Shown: piece by piece, positions 1-6,981 of the stretch
How the letters are laid out: each line of letters begins with the position of its first letter
How positions within the stretch are numbered: position 1 is the first letter of the stretch
From: Petrachloros mirabilis ULC683
GTDB taxonomy: Bacteria > Cyanobacteriota > Cyanobacteriia > Thermosynechococcales > Thermosynechococcaceae
Assembly (NCBI RefSeq): GCF_009939295.1
Contig: NZ_WVIC01000013.1
Location: 1-32,000, forward strand
Reading direction: 5' to 3'
DNA: 32,000 nucleotides
Position numbers and translations under genes: made by a program
Notes under the pieces: generated by a model
Told to the model about the DNA's origin: nothing
Database searches by the model: none
Seen by the model: only the letters and a program-made list of their open reading frames with translations

Positions 1-46
1 CGCAAGTCTGGTAACTTAGCACATTTTCTTGATCTTTTTCTTGCGC

Positions 47-463
47 TTACCCTGCTTTCACTCCCAGCCCTTGATAGACTTTGAGTTTGTCAATACTGCC
101 ACTGCTAATCACGATCTCAATGGCCAAATCTGGAAGTTCTTTGCGAGTTCCAATGCAATAGCTTTCATCCGGTTCCAGTCCTCTTGCTGCCGCTTCTTGC
201 CTAAATGTCGCCGAGCCGCAGCTAAACAAATCAATATCTCGCTCCAGGGCATAGGTCTCTAATAGACGCGCAATCATTTTTTTAAGCATCTCATGCTCAG
301 GAGAGATGGTCATGATCTCCAGATTTCCCTCCAGATAGGTGAGGCGCAGGCGAGGGCGATCGCCAAACATTGCAATCAGGGTTTCGTATTGCTGCCAGCT
401 CACATGGGGCAGAAAAATTCGCTCCTCAATGAGGGGGTCGAGCGGTTTTGCCAGCACAGTCAT
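47..463 (-). CDS. Uma2-family (DUF820) PD-(D/E)xK putative endonuclease, short form of 138 aa that appears to lack the C-terminal ~45 aa of the family
   Basis: Family-typical blocks are present: LEGNLEIMTISPEHE, GLEPDESY, PDLAIEIVISSGSIDKLKVYQGLGV. The ORF stops where the full-length paralogue at 15995-16567 continues with EYLLID plus ~45 aa. Its ATG (461-463) overlaps the upstream gene's TGA (460-462) as ATGA. Confidence 0.7.
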   Translation of the reverse strand: MTVLAKPLDPLIEERIFLPHVSWQQYETLIAMFGDRPRLRLTYLEGNLEIMTISPEHEMLKKMIARLLETYALERDIDLFSCGSATFRQEAAARGLEPDESYCIGTRKELPDLAIEIVISSGSIDKLKVYQGLGVKAG

Positions 464-2031
464 TGGCTCACCTCTAAGGGAATGTAAAAGTCCATGGCTT
501 CGATCGCATCAAAATAACCGCAGGTATTATCTAGCCACCCCTGTTCTGCCAGCGGGGATTTCAGTCTGCGATCGCTACCAGGCATTGGGGGAAGTGCCTC
601 TCGCTGATAAGCCGTTAAAAACTCTTTGGTTGCCGCTGACCCTCGTCTCAGCACCTCTCGGAGTGCCATCACTTTATTTCGCTTCTCTTTCCAGTCTTCT
701 CCTGTAAATGCTTTGATGATGGCTTCAAAATTTGCCCAATTTTGCCAATCACCGGGGTCAGCATGTAGCAGAAGCGGTCGCATTTCCAAGTGCTTCAAGT
801 GCTTATTGTCCTGAATACGGTATTCCCGTTCCCGAATTTCTGCTAAATCACCCAGCAACCCACTGGCTACGATATGCCAGTCAATGGCAGAAGCAGGTTC
901 CAGACGCTCACCTCCGCTCCGGTCGCGTTTGGCAACTTTTTTTGCAGATCGACACAGGGCTTCACTGAGTTCATAGGCTCTGGCGAAGGGATAGTGTGCT
1001 TTCACAATGCAAACGCCAGCACAGGCTGTCAGTGGTTTACCGTCTGCAATCGGTTGTGTTTCAAATAACTGAAGGGCGCGAACCGCCAGTGTTAACCCTA
1101 GACGACCATCGCAGACAAACGTAATATCATCTCCACCGTAAACCAACGGACGGAAGGGTAATTGTTGGGTTGTCAGGTCTAGTTTTTCTTGGAGAGTGTC
1201 CCAGTTGGCAATCAGTTCTTGAGTCAACTGCTGGAGCACAGCTTTCCCAGCTTTTTCAACACTCTGAGAAAGGTCGCGCATGGCAGTGATGTAGTCTTTG
1301 TCGTTTTTACCCTCGGCAAATCCCTGAAATCTTTTTCCCATACTGTTGCCATCTATATGCACGACGGCAAGGTAGCTCATTTCGTCCCTGGAACGTCCAA
1401 AGGCGTCGAAGTCTAAAGGAATATCCCATCCATCGGGCAGGTGCAGTGTTTGTTGCAATTGCGTATTGGCAAGCTTGACAGCATCTAGTTTTGCCACAAT
1501 TTCTCTGGAAACCGGATAGTCCGCAGGTGAACTATGATTCTTTCTCTGATCGACTGCCACCAAGCGAGTTGAGTTGCAGTCTTGCGTCACACCCAAACCT
1601 AAGAGAGGAGAAGAGGGGATGCGCGATCGCTTCTTCACATCCAGGTCATCTTTCATCATTTCCTGGACTATATCGTAAAGCTGATCTTGATCCCACTCAA
1701 AATCATGGCGATGAGCAACAACCAGGTTAATCCCTGGCGCTTCTTTCAGAACCTTAAGACTGAGTTTTTTCGTGAAGTCGATGGCCAAGTCAGCCGACTG
1801 AAACAGTAAGACGGTGTTACCACCTCCAGCATAAACTAGCTCTGCATCCTGAGTTTTAATCGAGGCTTCAGGGTTCGTAATCTTAAATTTCTGATTCAAA
1901 ATTTGCCTGACCCAGGCATCCGTCACCTGCCCAACCAGATAGGACGCGCCAATATTTTCTCGAAGACGGTTGCTGCCGAAAATATAGGACTGTATTCCAG
2001 TGGTGTCGAGAACTGTCACGGTTAATTTCAT
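460..2031 (-). CDS. Cas10-like / mCpol-like nucleotide cyclase with two tandem GGDEF-type palm domains and no HD domain
   Basis: 523-aa ORF. The N-terminus VLDTTGIQSYIFGSNRLRENIGASYL matches the Cas10 Palm1 signature (D-x2-GIQ-x-[FY]-I-F ... R..x.S.L). Palm1 carries YAGGGNTVLLF rather than GGDD. Palm2 carries VVHIDGNSMGKRF and VYGGDDITF (GGDD = nt 1126-1137). No HD motif and no Cys-rich zinc finger are seen. There is a ~170-aa helical C-terminal region. Both gene junctions are ATGA overlaps. Confidence 0.75.
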   Translation of the reverse strand: MKLTVTVLDTTGIQSYIFGSNRLRENIGASYLVGQVTDAWVRQILNQKFKITNPEASIKTQDAELVYAGGGNTVLLFQSADLAIDFTKKLSLKVLKEAPGINLVVAHRHDFEWDQDQLYDIVQEMMKDDLDVKKRSRIPSSPLLGLGVTQDCNSTRLVAVDQRKNHSSPADYPVSREIVAKLDAVKLANTQLQQTLHLPDGWDIPLDFDAFGRSRDEMSYLAVVHIDGNSMGKRFQGFAEGKNDKDYITAMRDLSQSVEKAGKAVLQQLTQELIANWDTLQEKLDLTTQQLPFRPLVYGGDDITFVCDGRLGLTLAVRALQLFETQPIADGKPLTACAGVCIVKAHYPFARAYELSEALCRSAKKVAKRDRSGGERLEPASAIDWHIVASGLLGDLAEIREREYRIQDNKHLKHLEMRPLLLHADPGDWQNWANFEAIIKAFTGEDWKEKRNKVMALREVLRRGSAATKEFLTAYQREALPPMPGSDRRLKSPLAEQGWLDNTCGYFDAIEAMDFYIPLEVSQ

Positions 2032-3356
2032 CCGCCAGCCTCCGCATCACTCTCTCGAATCCATTGCTCAATTTTTGCAGATAGATTGAGTAAATCCTCA
2101 CATCCAAATACGGTCAGCTTACTGTCGCCTTGAGTATTAGAATCAGGGTTTGATTTGAAAACATTGGTGATCTCTGTTTTCAATGCATCCGTATCTTTCT
2201 TGTTTGCACAGCAGACTAAAGCAACCCTTGCTTCATCACCTCCTAATTGCCGCGCTCGAATATAAGACTCAAATAGCTTTTGCTTACATCCAGGTTTCTC
2301 ATCAATCGTTGTACATGAAAGGGCAAATAGCTGATAGCCTCTAGTAAAAGCAACATCAAATTGAAACTTTGTTCTGTTCTCAGCGCTAGCGGGGTCTTTA
2401 ATCCAAAAGGAAGCTGCACTCTCATATATTTTGAGTGCTTTTGGAACTTCCTGGACTTGCTGCAAAGTGTAATCTTCCAGCCATTCTCCATCTAGCCACT
2501 TACAGAGATTGGATAGATCTTTGAATCCTGCTTTCTGAATCTCCTGTAGTGAAATTGTATTATCAGCGTCGGAGCATCCAAGCATTTTTAGAGCTGCAAT
2601 AATTTTGGAATAGTTTTTTAGAGAAGCTTTCGGCCCGATTTCTGAATCAGAAGGTATTTCCAAAGATAGAGGGGCAACTTCTTTTAATTCTTTTTCCTTT
2701 AGCCATCTGCCCTGTCTATTACGAGTAGCCTTACGCAGCACTGTGTTACACCATTCACGCCATGATTTTCCTAGTTCAGGATAGGCATGGAATTGGGCAA
2801 ATGCTGAAGCTGCTTCTGGACTAGTCGGTGTATAGTCTGGATCAGATAGCCATTGCCAGCCGTGAATCTGGAAAATTTTAGGTATCTTGACTTCTAAATC
2901 CTCAGGATGAACTTTGAGGCGAATACGATCGCCCTCTTCGCGATCAACGCACATTTCTAATTGTCGCGGATCAAGATAACTGAAAACTGCTTGCTGTCCC
3001 TTCTCTTTGAACATGGCACGATAGGCGTGGACTGCCATAGCCTTCGTGCCGCCTGTGTAATTCAGTCCGACTTGTCCATTAAGTTCCTTCAGAGCTTGCT
3101 GAATTCTGGTTTGAATTTGGTAGGCATCAGATTCATACTCTTCCAGAGGGACTAACTGAGCCTGTTGAAAGCCAGTTAGCTCGCTATCCAAAATCTTTTT
3201 TAGTCGCTGAGCGGGTCTTTCAGTTCCAGTGGTATAGATCAGATAGGGGGTGCCACCTCCTTTGAGCAGCAGCCTGGTTGCCATATAGTTCGGCAAGGGG
3301 TTTTCGCCGATTAGCAGAAAGAGAGAATCGACTTTATAGCTATCAAATTCAGCCAT
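2028..3356 (-). CDS. CARF-domain protein fused to a DUF1887/Card1/Can2-like PD-(D/E)xK-fold domain
   Basis: 442-aa ORF. N-terminal Rossmann-like CARF features: LFLLIGENPLPNY and LNYTGGTKAMAVHAY (TGGTK ligand loop). C-terminal blocks typical of Card1/Can2: DGEWLEDY, FQFDVAF, QLFALSCTTIDEK, QLGGDEARVALVC. Sampled GC (~33-48%) is lower than the flanks. Confidence 0.75.
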   Translation of the reverse strand: MAEFDSYKVDSLFLLIGENPLPNYMATRLLLKGGGTPYLIYTTGTERPAQRLKKILDSELTGFQQAQLVPLEEYESDAYQIQTRIQQALKELNGQVGLNYTGGTKAMAVHAYRAMFKEKGQQAVFSYLDPRQLEMCVDREEGDRIRLKVHPEDLEVKIPKIFQIHGWQWLSDPDYTPTSPEAASAFAQFHAYPELGKSWREWCNTVLRKATRNRQGRWLKEKELKEVAPLSLEIPSDSEIGPKASLKNYSKIIAALKMLGCSDADNTISLQEIQKAGFKDLSNLCKWLDGEWLEDYTLQQVQEVPKALKIYESAASFWIKDPASAENRTKFQFDVAFTRGYQLFALSCTTIDEKPGCKQKLFESYIRARQLGGDEARVALVCCANKKDTDALKTEITNVFKSNPDSNTQGDSKLTVFGCEDLLNLSAKIEQWIRESDAEAGG

Positions 3357-3388
3357 ACTTATGGAATTTTATCTGAATATTAATACCA

Positions 3389-3416
3389 ATATTAGCTTGG
3401 AAACTAACATTGGCAA
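3389..3416 (-). promoter_or_regulatory. Candidate sigma70-type promoter for the CARF/Cas10-like/Uma2 operon
   Basis: On the minus strand: TTGCCA (3416-3411), 16-nt spacer, TAATAT (3394-3389). It lies ~33 nt upstream of the CARF ATG, inside the AT-rich 84-nt gap after the cbiA stop. Confidence 0.3.
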
Positions 3417-3440
3417 TCTGCGATCGCATCCTTACGCTTC

Positions 3441-4835
3441 TTAAACCATCGTCCAATTGGCACAGTGTTGCACAAACCGCTGCGGGATTTCAGGCTGAGT
3501 TCCCCAGTGTAAGTGGACATAGGAAGCATGAACATTCTGGACACACCAACCCTCTGACTGGATGGGCTGCGCTTGCCGAAACCGATTCGTTATAAACAAT
3601 GGTTCTGAAGGAATTGGTGTGGTTTGGGAGTGATGAAATTCATGTCCCCAGACACACTGACCTTGGGTCACCAGAGGGGAGTGCCTTTGGGCAGTGGCCT
3701 GACGGTAACCCAGCGTCAGGCGTGGCTGCATGGTCACAGTTGTGGGAAGCACACCCACCATCGGAAAAGATTGACCCTGGAGATCTTGGATGGCCTCACA
3801 GAGATACATCAGCCCCCCACATTCAGCATAGGTGGGGATTCCAGCTTGAATCGCTGCTCGAACGGCTCCGAGCGCGGGCTGATTGGCACTCAGTGTCGCA
3901 GCAAAAATCTCGGGAAAGCCACCGCCAAAATATAGCCCCTGGACATTTGGGGGCAACGGATCCTGTAGCGGACTCCAGTAGACCAGTTCCGCACCACAAC
4001 GCTCTAGCAGTTCCAGGTTATCGGCGTAGTAGAAATTGAAGGCCGCATCTCGGGCAATTGCAATTCGCACGGATCCCGAAACAACCTGGCAGTTCTGGGT
4101 GGCCATGATGCTGGCTTGGGCAGGAGAACTCTGAAGCAAGGGCAAGAGAGCCGACCAGTTAAAGCTGCGATCGCCCACCTCCGCCAAGCGATCGATTAAG
4201 ATCCTCAGCTCCGGCAGCTCATCAGTGGGCACCAGTCCCAAGTGGCGATCTGGAATCGTAATATCATCTTGACGTCGGAGCACCCCCAACACTGGCATTT
4301 GGATGCGAGCCAGGGCACTTTTAAGAAAATCTAAGTGGCGATCGCTCCCCACTCGATTCAGCACAACCCCCGCAATCTGTAGGCGTGGGTCAAGAGATTG
4401 ATAACCCTTAGCTAAAGCCGCCACCGATCCAGACAGGCGCGAGCAGTCCAGAACCAGCAAAATCGGCAAATCTAGCAATCGGGCAATATGAGCTGTACTC
4501 CCCCAGTCATCTTCTAGAGTCGCCCCATCAAACAGACCCATCACACCTTCCGTCAGGCTGTAATTTGCCCTAAGGGCATGAGTCGCAAAGCAGTCTTGAA
4601 CATAGGATTCCGAAGTCAGGACTGGATCCAGATTGCGGCAGGGGCGACCCGTCACAAATTGATGAAACATAGGGTCGATATAGTCCGGCCCCACCTTGAA
4701 AGACTGGACTGAGATCGCCTGAGCGTCTAAACGGATATGGGCAATGGCTCTGCCTCGGCGCAGACTAGCGAGCAATGCCAGAGTGGTGGTGGTTTTGCCC
4801 GACCCGCTGCGTTCACCTGCGATCACCAAAGCCAT
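3441..4835 (-). CDS. cbiA: Cobyrinate a,c-diamide synthase
   Basis: N-terminal P-loop VIAGERSGSGKTTTT, FKVGPDYIDP, and C-terminal glutamine amidotransferase blocks GLYFGGGFPE and AECGGLMYL. Confidence 0.9.
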   Translation of the reverse strand: MALVIAGERSGSGKTTTTLALLASLRRGRAIAHIRLDAQAISVQSFKVGPDYIDPMFHQFVTGRPCRNLDPVLTSESYVQDCFATHALRANYSLTEGVMGLFDGATLEDDWGSTAHIARLLDLPILLVLDCSRLSGSVAALAKGYQSLDPRLQIAGVVLNRVGSDRHLDFLKSALARIQMPVLGVLRRQDDITIPDRHLGLVPTDELPELRILIDRLAEVGDRSFNWSALLPLLQSSPAQASIMATQNCQVVSGSVRIAIARDAAFNFYYADNLELLERCGAELVYWSPLQDPLPPNVQGLYFGGGFPEIFAATLSANQPALGAVRAAIQAGIPTYAECGGLMYLCEAIQDLQGQSFPMVGVLPTTVTMQPRLTLGYRQATAQRHSPLVTQGQCVWGHEFHHSQTTPIPSEPLFITNRFRQAQPIQSEGWCVQNVHASYVHLHWGTQPEIPQRFVQHCANWTMV

Positions 4836-5041
4836 GACGATACCTTAAGATTAGGGTGTCTCCGGGAGTGTTGATTCAACGTGACGTATTTTAGTTGTAC
4901 AAGATTACCCGTTCATCGTTGTGCCAAGATGACGTTCCCAGAAATCTGCAAAGCTCTCAATCTCAAAGAAGTGCAGTACAGGTGTCACTCTGGGCTCCGG
5001 TTTGCCCATACTAAGTTACAAAGCTCTGTTGCCGATCAATT

Positions 5042-5437
5042 GTGAGAATCTACAGTATGGTTAACCCCCTGGATAGTATTCAGCCTGTATCCCATCGAGA
5101 GGTGAATGTCTACCTACCCTACTACCAAGGCTCTAAACGAGACATGCTCCCCCTGGGCATCAGTCTTTATCAGAGCGGTAATCTAGAGGGGGCGCGAGGT
5201 ATTGAAGGTGGAGAGAATATCCCTTTCGTAGCCACCTGGAATGTGTCTAACCTACCCGCCGATCTAACCCGATGCCGTATTCAGTTCTCGGCAGATGCCG
5301 ATCTCAGCTATGAGGTGACCCTGACCAACTTTGAGTTCATTGGGTTCTTAATTGAGCTGTTGGCCAACTACAAACGAGCCAAGCTCGCTGACTTTCCGAA
5401 GCCCTTCTATCGCAAACTACTGCGCTTAGACGACTAA
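5042..5437 (+). CDS. Hypothetical protein (start could be ATG 5057 instead of GTG 5042)
   Basis: Only an intact 131-aa ORF in an otherwise empty interval. No recognisable motifs. Confidence 0.4.
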   Translation: MRIYSMVNPLDSIQPVSHREVNVYLPYYQGSKRDMLPLGISLYQSGNLEGARGIEGGENIPFVATWNVSNLPADLTRCRIQFSADADLSYEVTLTNFEFIGFLIELLANYKRAKLADFPKPFYRKLLRLDD

Positions 5438-5495
5438 AATCTGTCCGTGGCTACACTTCCTGCCCGCAATCTATGTTTAACTTACTCGCAGAAAC

Positions 5496-5533
5496 CGTTA
5501 CGATTGTGTAACGCAAGATATGTAACGCAAGAT
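5496..5533. promoter_or_regulatory. Inverted repeat plus 14-bp tandem direct repeat upstream of the DRTGG gene; possible operator
   Basis: CGTTAC (5496-5501) / GTAACG (5508-5513) are separated by 6 nt. TGTAACGCAAGAT occurs twice with 14-bp phasing (5507-5519 and 5521-5533), ~50 nt upstream of the GTG at 5585. Confidence 0.3.
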
Positions 5534-5584
5534 CTTGGCCAGAGTCTTGGTTGAGTCTGGGTCAGTACAGCAAGGAGTGAGGGT

Positions 5585-6667
5585 GTGCCTAACACGGCTA
5601 AGTATCTGCTCGTAGGTTCAGTTGAAGCTTACAGCGGTAAATCTGCAACCATTTTGGGGTTGGCACAACTGTTGGTTAAGCGAGGAGTTGATTTTGCCTA
5701 TGGTAAGCCCCTGGGAACCTATCAAGAGGAAGCAGAGCGGTCTCCCTACGACCAAGATGTGAATTTTATTACGAAAACCCTGGGCTTGCCTGACTCTCAT
5801 GTCTGCCCTACAATCCTTTCGCCCCACCTAGGCGTAGTCAAAGATTGTCTGCAACACGAACTTCGTCCCCAGTTCGAGGCACAATTGATGACTTATCGCC
5901 AATCACAGGCGGGGGATCTGGTGATGTTGGAAGGACCAGGCTCTCTGGAAGAAGGACAACTCTTTGGCTTGTCGCTCCTGGAAATGGCCAATGGCATGGA
6001 TGCCAATATTCTTTTAATTGCTCGGTTTCATACACTGGGAGCGGTGGATGCTCTGCTGGCCGCTCAGGCCAGATTGGGATCTCGGTTGTTGGGGGTAATG
6101 CTCAACGATGTGCCTGAAGCAGACTGGCACCTGGCACAGGAGTTGGTGAAACCCTTTTTAGAAAGCTGTGGTATTCCAGTGTTTGGAATTTTACCCAGTG
6201 ATCAGCTACTGCGCAGTGTCAGTGTCTCAGAGCTTGTGCATCAGTTGAGCGCAGAGGTTCTGTGTCGCCCTGATCGTTTAGACCTGCTGGTAGATCAGCT
6301 CACTATTGGGGCGATGAATGTCAATTCGGCGCTGAAATATTTTCGCAAGGGTCGGAATATGGCTGTGGTTACGGGAGGCGATCGCACCGATATTCAGCTC
6401 GCGGCTCTTGAATCTTCGACCCACTGTCTGATTCTGACCGGGCACTTTTCGCCCAATTCTATGGTGCTCACTCGTGCCGATGATTTAGAAATTCCAGTCT
6501 TGGGCGTGGATCTAGATACATTAACTACGGTAGAAATTGTCGATCGCACCTTTGGACAAGTGCGACTTCACGAAGCGGTAAAAGTGGAATGCGTTCGACA
6601 GCTCATTGAGGCCAATTTTGATGTAGATCGGCTCCTCAGTAGCCTGGATATGAGGTCAGAATTCTAA
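5585..6667 (+). CDS. Phosphotransacetylase-family protein (BioD-like N-terminal domain + DRTGG domain)
   Basis: N-terminal LLVGSVEAYSGKSATILGL. DRTGG motif in AVVTGGDRTDIQLAALE. AAGGAG Shine-Dalgarno sequence 7 nt upstream of the GTG start. Confidence 0.75.
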   Translation: MPNTAKYLLVGSVEAYSGKSATILGLAQLLVKRGVDFAYGKPLGTYQEEAERSPYDQDVNFITKTLGLPDSHVCPTILSPHLGVVKDCLQHELRPQFEAQLMTYRQSQAGDLVMLEGPGSLEEGQLFGLSLLEMANGMDANILLIARFHTLGAVDALLAAQARLGSRLLGVMLNDVPEADWHLAQELVKPFLESCGIPVFGILPSDQLLRSVSVSELVHQLSAEVLCRPDRLDLLVDQLTIGAMNVNSALKYFRKGRNMAVVTGGDRTDIQLAALESSTHCLILTGHFSPNSMVLTRADDLEIPVLGVDLDTLTTVEIVDRTFGQVRLHEAVKVECVRQLIEANFDVDRLLSSLDMRSEF

Positions 6668-6671
6668 GCAG

Positions 6672-6914
6672 ATGGCGAAACAACGGTTCCCCTATCTGTT
6701 GGGGTCTAAGTGGACAGCTCAGGAAAAGACCTTTGGGTGGCGACACTTTCAAGTTGTGAACCGCAAAAATCAAGGCCACGTTATTTTTGCAGAGTTGGTG
6801 GCAGCCTGTGACGGGTCAGTGCGGTTTTGGGTCAATGCAGCGACACTCCAAAACCGGAGACTGTGGCAGGCCGGGTGGCAATCCCTGACGGAACAAGCTC
6901 ACAAAAAGCAGTAA
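6672..6914 (+). CDS. Small Trp-rich conserved protein (TIGR02450-like)
   Basis: 80 aa with GSKWTAQEKTFGWRHFQV ... RFWVNAATLQNRRLWQAGWQ, resembling the Trp-rich small-protein family as I recall it. Confidence 0.55.
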   Translation: MAKQRFPYLLGSKWTAQEKTFGWRHFQVVNRKNQGHVIFAELVAACDGSVRFWVNAATLQNRRLWQAGWQSLTEQAHKKQ

Positions 6915-6981
6915 GCTTGCACCATAAGGATTCAGCACATTTAAATTTAATTGGCACCCTGGCTAGAAATTTGAGGGATCT

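Noticed and set aside
1631-3419. Absence of HIP1 (GCGATCGC) in the CARF gene and in the R-M island (8043-10983) as independent evidence of foreign origin
   Set aside because: My manual scan also finds HIP1-free stretches of ~3-5 kb in clearly native genes (for example ~19430-24330 and ~24340-27280). The gaps are therefore not discriminating on this sample size, and GC content is the better indicator.
4836-5041. Cobalamin riboswitch upstream of cbiA (and in the short leader of cobD at 14913-14947)
   Set aside because: No B12-box-like sequence (GCCACTG core) occurs on the relevant strand. The cobD leader is too short.
5507-5533. Calling the TGTAACGCAAGAT repeats a bona fide NtcA binding site
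   Set aside because: Only TGTA-N8-TATG is present rather than GTA-N8-TAC, and no suitably spaced -10 box (TAN3T) follows. It is kept only as a generic candidate operator.
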